DNA of 63,929 nucleotides, counting the filler, from Octopus bimaculoides (Eukaryota): NCBI RefSeq assembly GCF_001194135.2. It is 5 parts of 5 records of this genome, joined end to end, with 100 filler letters (N's around TTAATTAATTAA, not from the genome) between each part and the next. Parts side by side here need not be neighbours in the genome. Positions count along the whole stretch, not along the records: positions 51,121 to 55,406 come from NC_068996.1; positions 55,507 to 62,186 come from NC_068984.1; positions 62,287 to 63,929 come from NC_069002.1; 2 more parts are not named here. The stretch is one strand, 5' to 3'. Below, in pieces: positions 51,405-63,929 of the stretch. Numbering within the stretch: the first letter of the stretch is position 1; each line of letters starts with the position of its first letter. The notes beneath the pieces were generated by a model that did not search any database, had not been told where the DNA came from, and saw only the letters and a list, made by a program, of their open reading frames with translations. The position numbers were made by a program, and so were the translations under genes.

Positions 51405-52713
51405 CAGGATGTTCAGGCTAAATTTGACAGCATTTTTATGTCTCCTATTTTTTAGGAACAGCTTGAAGTATGTGAAAAATACAAAAATTGAACATGAGGC
51501 TGTTCCCAAATGCACAGCCTGTATATTGGTGAAAAGTCAACGGCGTTGGAGAGTCTGAAGGTTAAAGCTGTAGTCGAGAAAAAGTTAGCTGACATGGAGA
51601 ACTAGAAGACATCTGGATATTAGAAAAGAGTTGCATGTATCATAATGATTCGTGCTAAGTGTCAACATGTTGGCATCATGATCGTTACTCAATGCTCTGT
51701 AAAGACTGTAAAAACTGCAAGATGTGACATGGACAGCTTCAAACCAGAAGGAAGAGATACAACAGGCGTTCTAACTGCATCCGTTTGCCGGGATTCATCC
51801 AACAACTGCATGACAAGGTGATAGAAAATCTTAGCAACGGAATCTGGGCTTTGGCAGAAGAGATGCATATTGGAATTGCCATGATGGAATTACCCTGAAT
51901 GAAGACCTCCACTACCACTCGTACAAGATGTGCTAGGGACAAACTCTGAAAGCCAAAGCCAAGAGGAACCGAATGACGAAGGTAAACATGCTCCTGAATA
52001 AGCTGGGGCATCCTGTTGAGCCGGGTGATGGCCTGGTTCTTTTCACATGAAAGGGACTTCTGCCAGGACCAGTTGCCTATTGCTCTAAACAAAAGATGCT
52101 TGCCTACAATGCATGAGATGTCCCACGTATCATGAATACCAAGGTGCCCCAAACTGTGATGGTGTCTGGCTGCATCTCTTGTGAGTGTGACGTCATGCTG
52201 CACCACATCTTTGAACAGGGCTTTAGACTCAATTCAGACGGCTATATGAAGCTACTGGAGATTATATTCCAAGCCTGGATGGAGACGGTTGCTTCTGGAA
52301 GGCCATATGTGTGACAGCGGGATTTGGCTGAGTCAGAAGTCGTAAGAAAATTCTCAAACTTCACCAGCCCCAATTTCTGATATCCCTGATATCCCCTATC
52401 GTAATCTCATGGGTTACTATAGTGGGGTGCGGTTGAGGAAGACATCAACCATTCTGCTTTTAACACTGAGGCTGAGCTGTTAGCCAAAATCAAGATGTTC
52501 GAAGACCTTCCCAGGGACACAGTGAAGAATGCATGCGCCAGTTCCACAGCTGTCTTGTGGCCGTAAGGGAAACTTAAGGCAGCTACCTTAAACAAACTAT
52601 GAACTCCCAGCCATAAATGAAGTTGATATTTAAGGATTTTATCAAAATACTTTTATTTTGGAATGTGATATTTCTCTTTTATGAAAACTGCCAATTTAGG
52701 CCCGAACACCCTG
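51405..52713 (+). mobile_element. Near full-length (1.3 kb) decayed Tc1/mariner transposon, probably maT/DD37D-like
   Basis: TIRs CAGGATGTTCAGGCTAAATTTGACAG (51405) and CTGCCAATTTAGGCCCGAACACCCTG (ending 52713). Relic MNTKVPQTVMVSG.ISCECDVMLHHIFEQGFRLNSDGYMKLLE..WMETVASGRPYV*QRD, then ..NLMGYY..WGAVE. Confidence 0.9.
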
Positions 52714-52936
52714 CATTTGTGTGTGCTTGTGTATGTATATATATATGTATGTATGTATGCATATATATGTATGTATATGTATGTATGCATATATATATAT
52801 ATANNNNNNNNNNNNNNNNNNNNNNNNNNNNNNNNNNNNNNNNNNNNNNNNNNNNNNNNNNNNNNNNNNNNNNNNNNNNNNNNNNNTATAAGCAATAATA
52901 AATCTCTGAACGAGGTATAAACAGTAGTTGCACGAC

Positions 52937-53097
52937 AACGCGAAGTATATTTGCAACTTAAATGTGGCTAACCGCTAAGGGTGGATGCTACCGTAGCTTG
53001 TAGCCCCAGGAGGACACCGCTTCTAGCTGGTTACAAGCTACAGTAGCATCCACCCTTAGCGGTTAGCCACATTTAAGCGGCAAATATACTTTACGTT
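52937..53097. mobile_element. Short foldback (palindromic MITE-like) element
   Basis: A ~68-bp arm AACGCGAAGTATATTTGCAACTTAAATGTGGCTAACCGCTAAGGGTGGATGCTACCGTAGCTTGTAGCC is inverted at ~53030-53097 with about 6 mismatches, around a ~25-nt spacer. Confidence 0.85.
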
Positions 53098-53106
53098 ATA
53101 TACATA

Positions 53107-53246
53107 TGTGGAGAACGACCGTGCGAACCAAAGGAGGATGGCGACGAACGGGAGAGGCTCCTTTTAACGCGTCGCACGATCGACACAATAACATACTATA
53201 GGACATGCGAGGGCTCACATGTGTAATGCAAGGAAATGCCAGTAAG

Positions 53247-53290
<44 letters not shown>

Positions 53291-54092
53291 ACCGTTAGAT
53301 ATATAGAGAGAGTAAGTTTATTAACATAGTGAAACTGTATGTCTGTGTGTGCGCGGATGCGGCATATAAATAACACAATACATAAGGCCTTCTTGTACAA
53401 GAGTATGTATACAACAATGTGTGTGTATGTGTGAATGAGAAATACAGAGCATAGAATAAGTGTCTTTAACATAGACTATAAGAGTCCTGAACACAAGATA
53501 AGAAAGTACCAGTTCATAGAAGAGTTTCACAATAGATAGAATGTTCGTACGCAAGAAGCTGTGAGCGAATAGCAGAGCTGTGGTGTCACATGCTGTGTGT
53601 GAAGTTGAGCGTCGATGCTGAGCTGGCAACATAGTACAGAAGGTTCTCGCAGGTTGTTCTGACTGTTATCTTCGTGGTGGAAACAATCCACACAAACAGT
53701 GTTGAGAAGGAACCAAGGTTACTGTTGTTGGTGTGTACTCTGGTGGTGGTGGTGTTGGCGCTAGCGACGACATTGTAGTAGACAGTAGATTGGTGGTGTT
53801 GACGTCGTCGCTGGAAATTGGCTGGAGCTGTGCTCTGGTCTACGACTAGCCCTGAAAAGGTCTGAGATCGCGACAAACTGGCGTGGATAAAAGGCTTATT
53901 TATAGATAAAAAAGGGCTCACCAGAAAAAGCAGAACGACTCTCTCGCGTGACCTTAACAGAAGGCCACGGTTGGACGGTATGCACCCTGGCGCGAAACAG
54001 AACTGTAGAAAAATGCCGCGTAAATAAGAGCCAATCAGGGTGGTGGACACAACAGGGTCCAAACGGCCGAAGGCTAGATGTTAGCCGCTACG
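53107..54092 (-). mobile_element. Probable solo LTR (alternatively a small intronless transcription unit)
   Basis: Minus strand reads (C)GTAGCGG...CTCCACA, near TG..CA ends. It contains CCAAT, TATA, Inr-like and AATAAA signals in U3-R-U5 order and is more GC/CpG-rich than its flanks. No TSD found. Confidence 0.5.
53875..54038 (-). promoter_or_regulatory. Pol II promoter-like cluster: NF-Y CCAAT box, TATA box and initiator
   Basis: AGCCAATCAG at 54029-54038; TATAAATAA on the minus strand at 53904-53896; CCAGTTT Inr-like with A at 53879, 25 nt downstream of the TATA start. Confidence 0.5.
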
Positions 54093-54131
54093 TTATCATT
54101 CGTAAATAAATACCCGAGAGAGAAGGTTCCG

Positions 54132-54266
<135 letters not shown>

Positions 54267-54709
54267 TGTATGTATGTATACACACGGTAAAAAAGTTAAC
54301 GTCTGTCTCAAATCTGTTTCCATGCCAGGTAAATAGAGTACGAGATTCTTCTCTAAACTTCATGCATGTGTGTTTGTATGTCAAAAAATTAATCGGGTGA
54401 GGCTCATTAAGGAAAACAAGCAATTATAATTAGTATACTATATAGAGGAGAATATATTTAGATTATGATCAAACTCTTGGGTTCAAGCAAAGGTAGAAAT
54501 TTGCGATCATCTGCTGCGCCAGTTCTCATACGAGGCGATGTAATTCTTTAAGTTTAACACCTGGGTTATGGTCTTTACAGTAAAACACAAGAACTTTCTT
54601 CTGCCTGGTGGAACAATTTTTAACAAAAGCGCTTGATGATCAGGGGTTATATCAATACATGAAACAGATAACAATGCCCTCCATTAAGTTCGTATAATCG
54701 AAATAGATA

Positions 54710-54771
<62 letters not shown>

Positions 54772-54930
54772 CACACACACACATACATACGTGTGCAGTT
54801 AAGTTAGGTAGATGTATATAGATACGTAGATATATACATACAAACATACATACATACATACATACATAAATACATGCATACGCACTTACATATATTACAT
54901 ATATCTATATCTCTCCCTCTCGTTATATAC

Positions 54931-54987
<57 letters not shown>

Positions 54988-55270
54988 AACGAACAGCCAT
55001 AATAAACTCAGACATTCATATGTTTGTGCTTATGTGTATGTAAACACGCGCGCGTTTCTGTTTGATATTACAAACACATGAAATAGATTTCAATACGTAC
55101 ATATATATAATATCTCTCTTCAGATTTCACAAACACACACATTATTTATATTCATATATGTGTGTATGTGTGTAAAATTGTGTATGTGTTCCTTGTTTGC
55201 GTGTGTGTCAATATATACACATATGTATACGTGTGTGTCAATATATATACATATGTATTTATTCATATAT

Positions 55271-55303
<33 letters not shown>

Positions 55304-55506
55304 AACACATATATATATAGCAATATAAAAATATACAAGGTGTAAAGATACTAAAGATTCAGTATACACATATTTTCAGCCTATATATATATATATATAT
55401 ATATATNNNNNNNNNNNNNNNNNNNNNNNNNNNNNNNNNNNNNNNNNNNNTTAATTAATTAANNNNNNNNNNNNNNNNNNNNNNNNNNNNNNNNNNNNNN
55501 NNNNNN

Positions 55507-55546
<40 letters not shown>

Positions 55547-57421
55547 AATCGATCGCGCCCGTGTTTCCGAGCAGGCCTCTATCCGCTAACCATTAAAGTT
55601 AGTTCGCTACTAATGTGCTGTGAAGGAGAAGCTAAATAATAATAGATAGTTAACAGTAACATAAAAATATAATCAAAATATTGAAAGGGGGTATAGAATG
55701 TGATAAAATACATACACACACACACAGGCGCATATATATTAATGCAATACATATACAAATATAATTCAAGTACACGTACACAAACATCCATTAACATCCA
55801 AACACATGTACACATGAAATTATATACAATGAGAGACAGAACTCGTTCGAAAGAGAAAAGGAGTGACCGAACAAAAGGGCGAGAAAGAAGCAATAAGTAA
55901 AGTGAAACAGATAGAGAGATAGAGATTGAGCAAATTAAAAAAAAAAGAAAAGAAATGTATAACAAATTCATTTCATGCTATAATTTGTTTCATTCATTCC
56001 TTTACATGGTGTTTATTATTTCATTTATTTGTATATTAATTGTTCGCTCTTTTTTCTTCTGTTTTCAGTTTTTTTTTTGTAGTATATCATTGTTATGCTT
56101 AATACTGAAACAATTAATACTTTACGCATTAATAAAATATACATTAATAATTTTAATGTAAAATGTTGACTTGGCTCTGTAGTTGATTTTGTGAACGCTG
56201 AGCCATACATAGCTAATACTGACGCAGAGCGTTCGCATTGTTAATACACACAAAGAGCTATGCAGGATTGCAAATATATTTGCATGTGTGTATGTATGTA
56301 TGTATGTCTGACTGAGTATGTGTGTTTGGGTGCATTTTTGTGTGTACGTCATTGAACACTTTTATTTGTTAATAATATCCATGTTCGTTGTAACTGTAGT
56401 TATTTGTAGAAACACAAATTATGAAGTCGGTGTTCTAGCCATTATCTCACTTAGGTTTCTCAGCCCACCATTGTTTTTAATAAGTGACAATGAAAATATA
56501 TATATATGTATATATGGGTACAGAACGTCTCGACTGTGCAAACAACCAACATGAAATGCATAAACAATGGAGTCAAATGCGTAAACAGCAAGAGAAAAAT
56601 GGAAAACAGGACAAGTAAACACAGAGAAACGACCCTTCATGAAGTGTCGACTGTCCATCTACTCTTCATTTCGAGCATGCACGCACACATACACACACAC
56701 ACACATATATCTATATGTATGTATATATATATATATATATATNNNNNNNNNNNNNNNNNNNNNNNNNNNNNNNNNNNNNNNNNNNNNNNNNNNNNNNNNN
56801 NNNNNNNNNNNNNNNNNNNNNNNNNNNNNNNNNNNNNNNNNNNNNNNNNNNNNNNNNNNNNNNNNNNNNNNNNNNNNNNNNNNNNNNNNNNNNNNNNNNN
56901 NNNNNNNNNNNNNNNNNNNNNNNNNNNNNNNNNNNNNNNNNNNNNNNNNNNNNNNNNNNNNNNNNNNNNNNNNNNNNNNNNNNNNNNNNNNNNNNNNNNN
57001 NNNNNNNNNNNNNNNNNNNNNNNNNNNNNNNNNNNNNNNNNNNNNNNNNNNNNNNNNNNNNNNNNNNNNNNNNNNNNNNNNNNNNNNNNNNNNNNNNNNN
57101 NNNNNNNNNNNNNNNNNNNNNNNNNNNNNNNNNNNNNNNNNNNNNNNNNNNNNNNNNNNNNNNNNNNNNNNNNNNNNNNNNNNNNNNNNNNNNNNNNNNN
57201 NNNNNNNNNNNNNNNNNNNNNNNNNNNNNNNNNNNNNNNNNNNNNNNNNNNNNNNNNNNNNNNNNNNNNNNNNNNNNNNNNNNNNNNNNNNNNNNNNNNN
57301 NNNNNNNNNNNNNNNNNNNNNNNNNNNNNNNNNNNNNNNNNNNNNNNNNNNNNNNNNNNNNNNNNNNNNNNNNNNNNNNNNNNNNNNNNNNNNNNNNNNN
57401 NNNNNNNNNNNNNNNNNNNNN

Positions 57422-57453
<32 letters not shown>

Positions 57454-60400
57454 TGCATATGTTTCGACAACTCTGTATGCGTGAAATATATATGCGTGTG
57501 CTGAACATTTTGTTAAGGTTGAGAGAAATGGTTTATAATTCTAAATAGTATTATTTGCATAAGAACGATAAATGGAATTGTATCCCACGCGATTAAGTGA
57601 TACATAAATTAGATTTCCTGACATTTTCTGACAATATGTATCAATCAATAAGCGATCATCTCTACTGACTTCATATAATGCAACGTAGTCAGATATTGCA
57701 TTAACGTCTTTCGCATGGCATTATCGGAGTAAATGAAATAAACCCAATAGACTGGCTGGTAGTCAGTTTGTCGACAGCTCATCACTTAACAGTAGCTCAT
57801 TACTTGACGCTAGCTCATCACTTAACAGCGATTGCTAAATAATAGCGTAGTTTAACATATTAATACAGGAATAATTATGATATAGATTTCTAACTGACAC
57901 TCAGTATTTTGGTGAAATCTGTAAACATTGATTATGTAATCCATAATGCGTCGCTTGCACTTAGTAGCTATTCGTTGGCCGCTCCAGCCAACATCTGCTG
58001 TCTACTATTGTATGATATAGTATGTATCTTATATTAAATGAAATTGTAAAATCATTATTTGTCTTGAAGATAATAGCAGTCACTATATAGACTATATTCA
58101 TTTTACGAAAACTATGCAATAATATGGCTTGACTTAACAGGAAAATATTGTAGTCTGTCGAGTTGTCTTTATTTAAAGGTGGAAATGTTTGCACTTCTCT
58201 AAGATTATAGAGTTATAAAAGTAAGAAGAAAAATCTTTCTGGTATCACACTAGTCGTGTCATCATAAAATAGCATGGTAAATGCAGTGAAGCTTTAAATG
58301 AAAATACAGGGAGTTTACAGCTGGAAAATCGTTAATGATGTGTAATCTCAATCTTCCAGTGTTTAAGATTACTATCAATATGTTATTATCAATGCTAATA
58401 CAAATCGATTAGGGAGCTGCTATGAGTCTCTTAACATGCTAGAAATGGCCGTAAAATTTCCCCCAATTCACACTCTATTCTCTTCAAAACGAAGCATACA
58501 CGATCAACGATAAGTCTGAGACTTAATAATTGAAAGAAACGTGCTACATGTTAAAGATACACAGGTTTGGTTCTTACATATGCCATGTAGCGAGTTGCAA
58601 AAAAGGATTAGCTGATATTAACCAGGCATCTAGCAGAGAAAATGAACCTTAGATGAATTTAGAAAAATAAAATTATAAGATATCAGCTAATATTTTCTCT
58701 GTACATAGGAAATTAAGAATGGATCTCAGATAAATACTGAAGTTATTCAGACTAGCCTCTTTTTCGTAGCATCATAAAAAATAATTGAAATCTATTCAGA
58801 AGTCTTACATTTTAGCACAGTTTATGCAGAAAGTTATATAAATTTTACAAGTGTACAGAGTATGTTACTGTAGGTATAGCGATCTATATAGTATTCCTTT
58901 ATATCTCTCTATATCTAAGACAGTGTTTCTGTGTGAGTGTGCGCGCGTGCTTATGCTCCTTATTGATTCAAAAACTGAGTTGCCGATTTTGACGTATGAG
59001 ATACCAAACAAAGTCAGTTTTGGGCACTACAACACATTTTAACTACTAAAATAACCTCAAAAACGAAGTCGGGTGGAACGATGTTTAGGTCACTTTCGGG
59101 CTATTTTTCTATTTGATTCTGAAGTTTCATTTTGTCCGATGTTTCACGCATGCGTAGAATTATACTGAAATACCACACGTAAAAATATCAAACTACCACC
59201 ACAAAACACAGCATGCTACAAACAACACCTACACAACATTATTTCTGAGAAAACGTCTATGCTTTCAAAATCGCTAAAACATGCTGAGTTTTTACCTTTT
59301 TGAAAGCGGGAAGGTGATAGGTGATGGAGGTTGTGGAAGTGTAATTGAATGCTTATTTCAGAAAATTTCAAAAATTAAATTTTTCTTAAATATTTGTAAT
59401 CTCTGTATTTCTCTACGTGGATACAAAAAAAAAATCCGAAAAAGTTCAAAATTAAACAATTGGGGCAGGGAGGGCGGAAATTCGTACTGAAATTTTACTT
59501 ACAGTGTGTATGTGTGCATGTATGAATATGTGTGTGTGTGCGCGAGCGCAAAAATGTTATTTTTACATACCTTTCTTCATTTCAAAAGAAGACAAACTTG
59601 AACAATACTTCCAAATTTGGAGTTCACCCATGATTATTAAACCACCAACAACTATGTAGGGCTGATCGCGCCAGACAAACATTTATGAAACTGTACACCT
59701 AAATATTGTGTTAAAATAAGTCGAAACCAAAAACATTTCATTAAAAGACATCCATTTCTCTATATGTTACGATGAAATAAACTCAGATGGGGGTTATATC
59801 TCCAGGTATGCCATCTTTGTATGGTAAATAAGTCTAAATAAGTTTGCCCTTAATTTGGCAGGCTACGTCTCTCACTGCACTTTACTGCTTCCGCTGACAG
59901 AGTGGCATTATATCTCTCTTTCAATTTGTCATATGGAGACACTATGTCATATGGAGACACTATGTTGTCAACATGTTACAACTTCACTAACTTCATCGAT
60001 ATATGACCTGGATTTCATTTAATTTTTTACACGTTATGCTATCAATTATATAAATAATTACAAACATAGTCAGCAAGGATAACTTATTTTAATATAATAT
60101 TTATGTGTACAATTTCATACATGTTTCTCGGGTGCACCACTCTACAAATACACGCACACACATCTTCAAGGCTTCGCGATCAGAGCTGAAGGCTTTTTCT
60201 TGGTAATCCACGGAGAAAACAAAAGGCTACGAATCTTTAGAAATTTCTTCTTTCTTTTTTCTTAAAGAAACACTAAAATCTCCTTCCCCGACAGTATTTC
60301 AGTTTTAGCTTTTTCGAAAGCTGGGAAGTTTCTTCAGTAACAATGTCGCTTACTTGCTGTCTCAAGCATATCGGGTTTTCTGCTGGTGGACTGATATTTT

Positions 60401-60933
60401 TTTACGCCTGCTATTATTTCAGTACAAGTCTATGTATGCGTGAAACATCCGACGACATTGAAACATTGGGAGTTTGTAGCCGATTCTGTCCACAAGAAAG
60501 GAAGAAAATAATACAATGTGGCTGTCGGTCGTAACACCCGGGCCACTCAAGAAGCAAAAGATGGATTACAGTAATTGATTACATTTCTCTGCAAACATCT
60601 AGCGAACAACTACAAAATTACTAAACATTTCTGAAGTCAAGTGGACGGATAAATGTGCATACACATTGCGTAATCGGCAGCTATTTTGAGAGATATGCAT
60701 ATTAAGAATGTATTTTTTAGTGATTCTCTGTACTACAGAATATAACTATTGATTCTAGGACGCTTTGTAGGTTTTAATATAAATATATATATATACACCA
60801 TGTGTTTACATCCACTTTTACAATAAAATATGGAGTAATTGAACTAGTTTCAGGCTAGCAGTAGAATTACTTTTGCGACTAAGTACTAAACGGGTAAGAT
60901 GGTAGGTTGAGCTTCTCACAGTATCTCTCCGTA

Positions 60934-60993
<60 letters not shown>

Positions 60994-62379
60994 TCTCTCT
61001 CCCTCTCTCTCTCTCTCTCTTATTCTCTCTCTCTCTCACACACTCTCTCTCTCTCTCTTGTTCTTTCTCTACCTCAAGTTCTTTCTCTCCCTCATCATAT
61101 ACATGTGCATACCTACACGCATATATAGATAGAAAAAATATGTAAATACATGTGCGTATATATATAAATATATGTGTATATACGTGTGTGCATGCGCATG
61201 TGTGGATATGTGGATATGAATATGCTTATGTATATATATATATATATATATTTGTGTATATCTCTGTTTTCAACTACCACTGCAGCATCCAGTCTACTTT
61301 CCTCTGCATTATTTGAAACACCTATAGAAAAGCCGTTGTGGTTAAGCACTACCGTCAATCACATTCACACGCTATCAGAAGAGTCTTGCATAAAATATAT
61401 TTCCTAGCACCTAACTATCCAACCATTTATTGAAATTAACTCAGGAAACTGATGATGCCTGAGACCTTTTCACTTGCGTTTATCTGCTGTTGTAAATCTA
61501 ATTACATAGAAAGCAACAGCAAATTAGTTGGCCTGGATTTCAAGTTGCTACTACCAACGATAATCGCCTTAATGCTTACGTAAGCAATGCTTTAATTACC
61601 GCAAGAAATTTCAAAAGCTCATTAGATTTCTATTCGTTTTCTTAATACGAAAATGTAGCTAAGTGTTGAGGTGTGAATGTAAGTGGTGCAAAGATGAAAA
61701 AAAAAATGAATTTTAGAAATGTGACATGTTCATATATAGGCATATATACAAACATACCATGCATCCATATGTGTGTATCTTTATATATNNNNNNNNNNNN
61801 NNNNNNNNNNNNNNNNNNNNNNNNNNNNNNNNNNNNNNNNNNNNNNNNNNNNNNNNNNNNNNNNNNNNNNNNNNNNNNNNNNNNNNNNNNNNNNNNNNNN
61901 NNNNNNNNNNNNNNNNNNNNNNNNNNNNNNNNNNNNNNNNNNNNNNTATACATATATAAATAAATATATATATATATTTGTATATATTTTGTGTATGTAT
62001 GTATATGCATATACATTTACGTATGCATACATACACACATACGTTGAGCCATTTATTTATTACGGTTAAAGTAAGTTCACCATAAGAAGCAAAACTTTCG
62101 GTTGTTCATTCGTTGAGAGCATTGCCTTTAAAAGACACTGTGTGTTTGTGTGTATGTGTGTATGTGTGTGTGTGTGTGTGTGTGTGNNNNNNNNNNNNNN
62201 NNNNNNNNNNNNNNNNNNNNNNNNNNNNNNTTAATTAATTAANNNNNNNNNNNNNNNNNNNNNNNNNNNNNNNNNNNNNNNNNNNNGAGGGAGGGAGAGA
62301 GAGAGAGAGCGTGAGACACAAATAGAGCAAAAATAAAGTGAGAGGAGGGGTGGAAGTGAGTGAATCTGAATGAGAGAAA

Positions 62380-62415
<36 letters not shown>

Positions 62416-62630
62416 GAAAGAGTGAGTAAGAAGCAGAGAGATTGTCTGTAAATGGAAAGAATTATCAACTGTATAGTGTCACGTGGCCAGTGTCACATGT
62501 CAAAAGCTATGAGATGTGATGTCACAGAGTATGGAGAGCAGCAGGATGTTGTTAACTGCTATGGATACAGATGTCTGGAGTGTGTACAGTGGCTTGACAA
62601 CCTGACGCTTAATTGCAGGGGTATAAGTGT

Positions 62631-62671
<41 letters not shown>

Positions 62672-62954
62672 TGTGTGTGTATGTGTGTGTGTGTGTACGT
62701 GTGTGCGTGTGTGCATGTGTGTGTGTGTGTGTGTGTGTATACAAAGAGAAAGAGACGGAGAAAGAAAGAAAAATGCATACATACATATATATATAAGTTA
62801 AGCACTCAATACTTTTCAAAATTCTAGTTTCTGTTGCATACACACACATTAGCACATGCACACATGCACACACGCACACACACATATGCACACACACACA
62901 CATATAGATAGATAGAGACAGACAGACAGATAGATAGTTAGATAGGTAGATATA

Positions 62955-62986
<32 letters not shown>

Positions 62987-63030
62987 ATACGTGCGTATAT
63001 ATGTCTACATATGTATATATGTATATATAT

Positions 63031-63455
63031 ATTGCTTTCTTGACCTGTTCCTGTTGGAAGCTCTGCCAGAGAAGTGTTGGTGCCAACCTGGGACATGCGA
63101 GCCTCATTGTTGACAATGATTCGTGGAGAGTCTGTTCAGCACGTTGTTGAAGTGCTCAGCCCACGTTTCCAGGAATACGTTTTTGTCAAAGGTGATTCTC
63201 CGGGAGACTGTGACCCGCAGACGGACCTGAATCTTATCTGCCTTGTTGCTGAGCCAGGAATCTTTCATCTCTCTGAGCTTTACTTACACGCTGCTTTTGG
63301 TGGCGTTTGTAGCCTGCTTTCTTGGAAACCGATTTGCTATCTTGCTGAGAGACCCTGTGCGCATCATGCTTCTCCGCGAGCGACTCTTGACTTTCCTCAT
63401 CGTTGTCGCCGAACCAGTCTTGGTGTCTTCGCGTTTTCTGGCGCAGAAGAGTGAG
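63031..63455 (-). mobile_element. RTE (BovB-like) LINE fragment, linker between endonuclease and RT
   Basis: KTRRHQDWFGDNDEESQESLAEKHDAHRVSQQDSKSVSKKAGY...WAEHFNNVLNRLST..MSQVGTNTSLAELPT..QVKKAI matches the RTE KHQDWFDEND / WAEHF..VLNR motifs. Confidence 0.85.
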
Positions 63456-63476
63456 TGCAATGTTGTACAATACGTA

Positions 63477-63530
63477 CGAGGTCTGATCAATAAGCATCAG
63501 GACTGTTGCCATAGTAACGAAGCTAAAGCA

Positions 63531-63531
<1 letters not shown>
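63477..63531 (+). mobile_element. Isolated terminus of the mariner family seen at 20340
   Basis: TA|CGAGGTCTGATCAATAAGCATCAGGACTGTTGCCATAGTAACGAAGCTAAAGCAT is about 85% identical to 20340-20394. Confidence 0.8.
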
Positions 63532-63593
<62 letters not shown>

Positions 63594-63823
63594 GTCATCG
63601 TCATCATCATTATAATCCTCCTCTTTCTCATTCATATCCTCCTCATTATCATCATCATAATCGTCGTCGTCGTCATCATCATCATCATCAGCTTTTTTCT
63701 TTTTCATCATCATCATCATAATAATAATGATCTCCCTCTTTCTCATCCACGTTCTCCTCTTCCTCCTCCTTCTCCTCCTCCTCTTCCTTCTCGTTATCAT
63801 TATCCTCGTCGTCGTCGGCGCTG

Positions 63824-63860
<37 letters not shown>

Positions 63861-63880
63861 TATCTTCTTCGTTTTCTTTA
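63532..63880. repeat. Compound (CAT)n/(CGT)n/(CCT)n microsatellite
   Basis: Directly visible. Confidence 0.95.
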
Positions 63881-63929
63881 TAACGTCGTTGTTAAAACAG
63901 TTGTTAATTAGATGTAGATTGTGTGTAAT

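Noticed and set aside
53586-54062. 158-aa minus-strand ORF
   Set aside because: It has a non-ATG start, spans the TATA and CCAAT elements, and shows no recognisable domain.

Overview
Repeat-dense, AT-rich eukaryotic DNA from a gappy draft assembly. About a fifth of the window is N, and (TA)n/(CA)n/(CT)n/(ATT)n/(GAT)n microsatellites are abundant. From the SINE/RTE families and microsatellite load I infer an octopod cephalopod such as Octopus; this is recalled similarity, not a database result. I cannot support any host protein-coding exon, RNA gene or CRISPR array, so the window looks intergenic or intronic. It is a layered transposon graveyard: two Hero-like and two R4/Dong-like restriction-like-endonuclease (RLE) non-LTR pieces, two decayed Gypsy elements, three RTE LINE pieces, one CR1/L2 3' end, an orphan CCHC ORF1, six Tc1/mariner relics plus an isolated mariner end, several MITEs/palindromes and three tRNA-type SINE families. 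Most supplied ORFs are microsatellite or N artefacts, while a real 210-codon RT frame at 2-631 (-) is missing from the track. The best leads are: a compact CCAAT-TATA-Inr-ATG-polyA unit at 53.1-54.1 kb (probable solo LTR, possibly a PPxY microprotein gene); a head-to-head mariner derivative with a nested MITE; two SINEs stacked between three copies of one target site; and an inverted pair of Pax6-like motifs in unique DNA. I found no convincing new multi-gene system.
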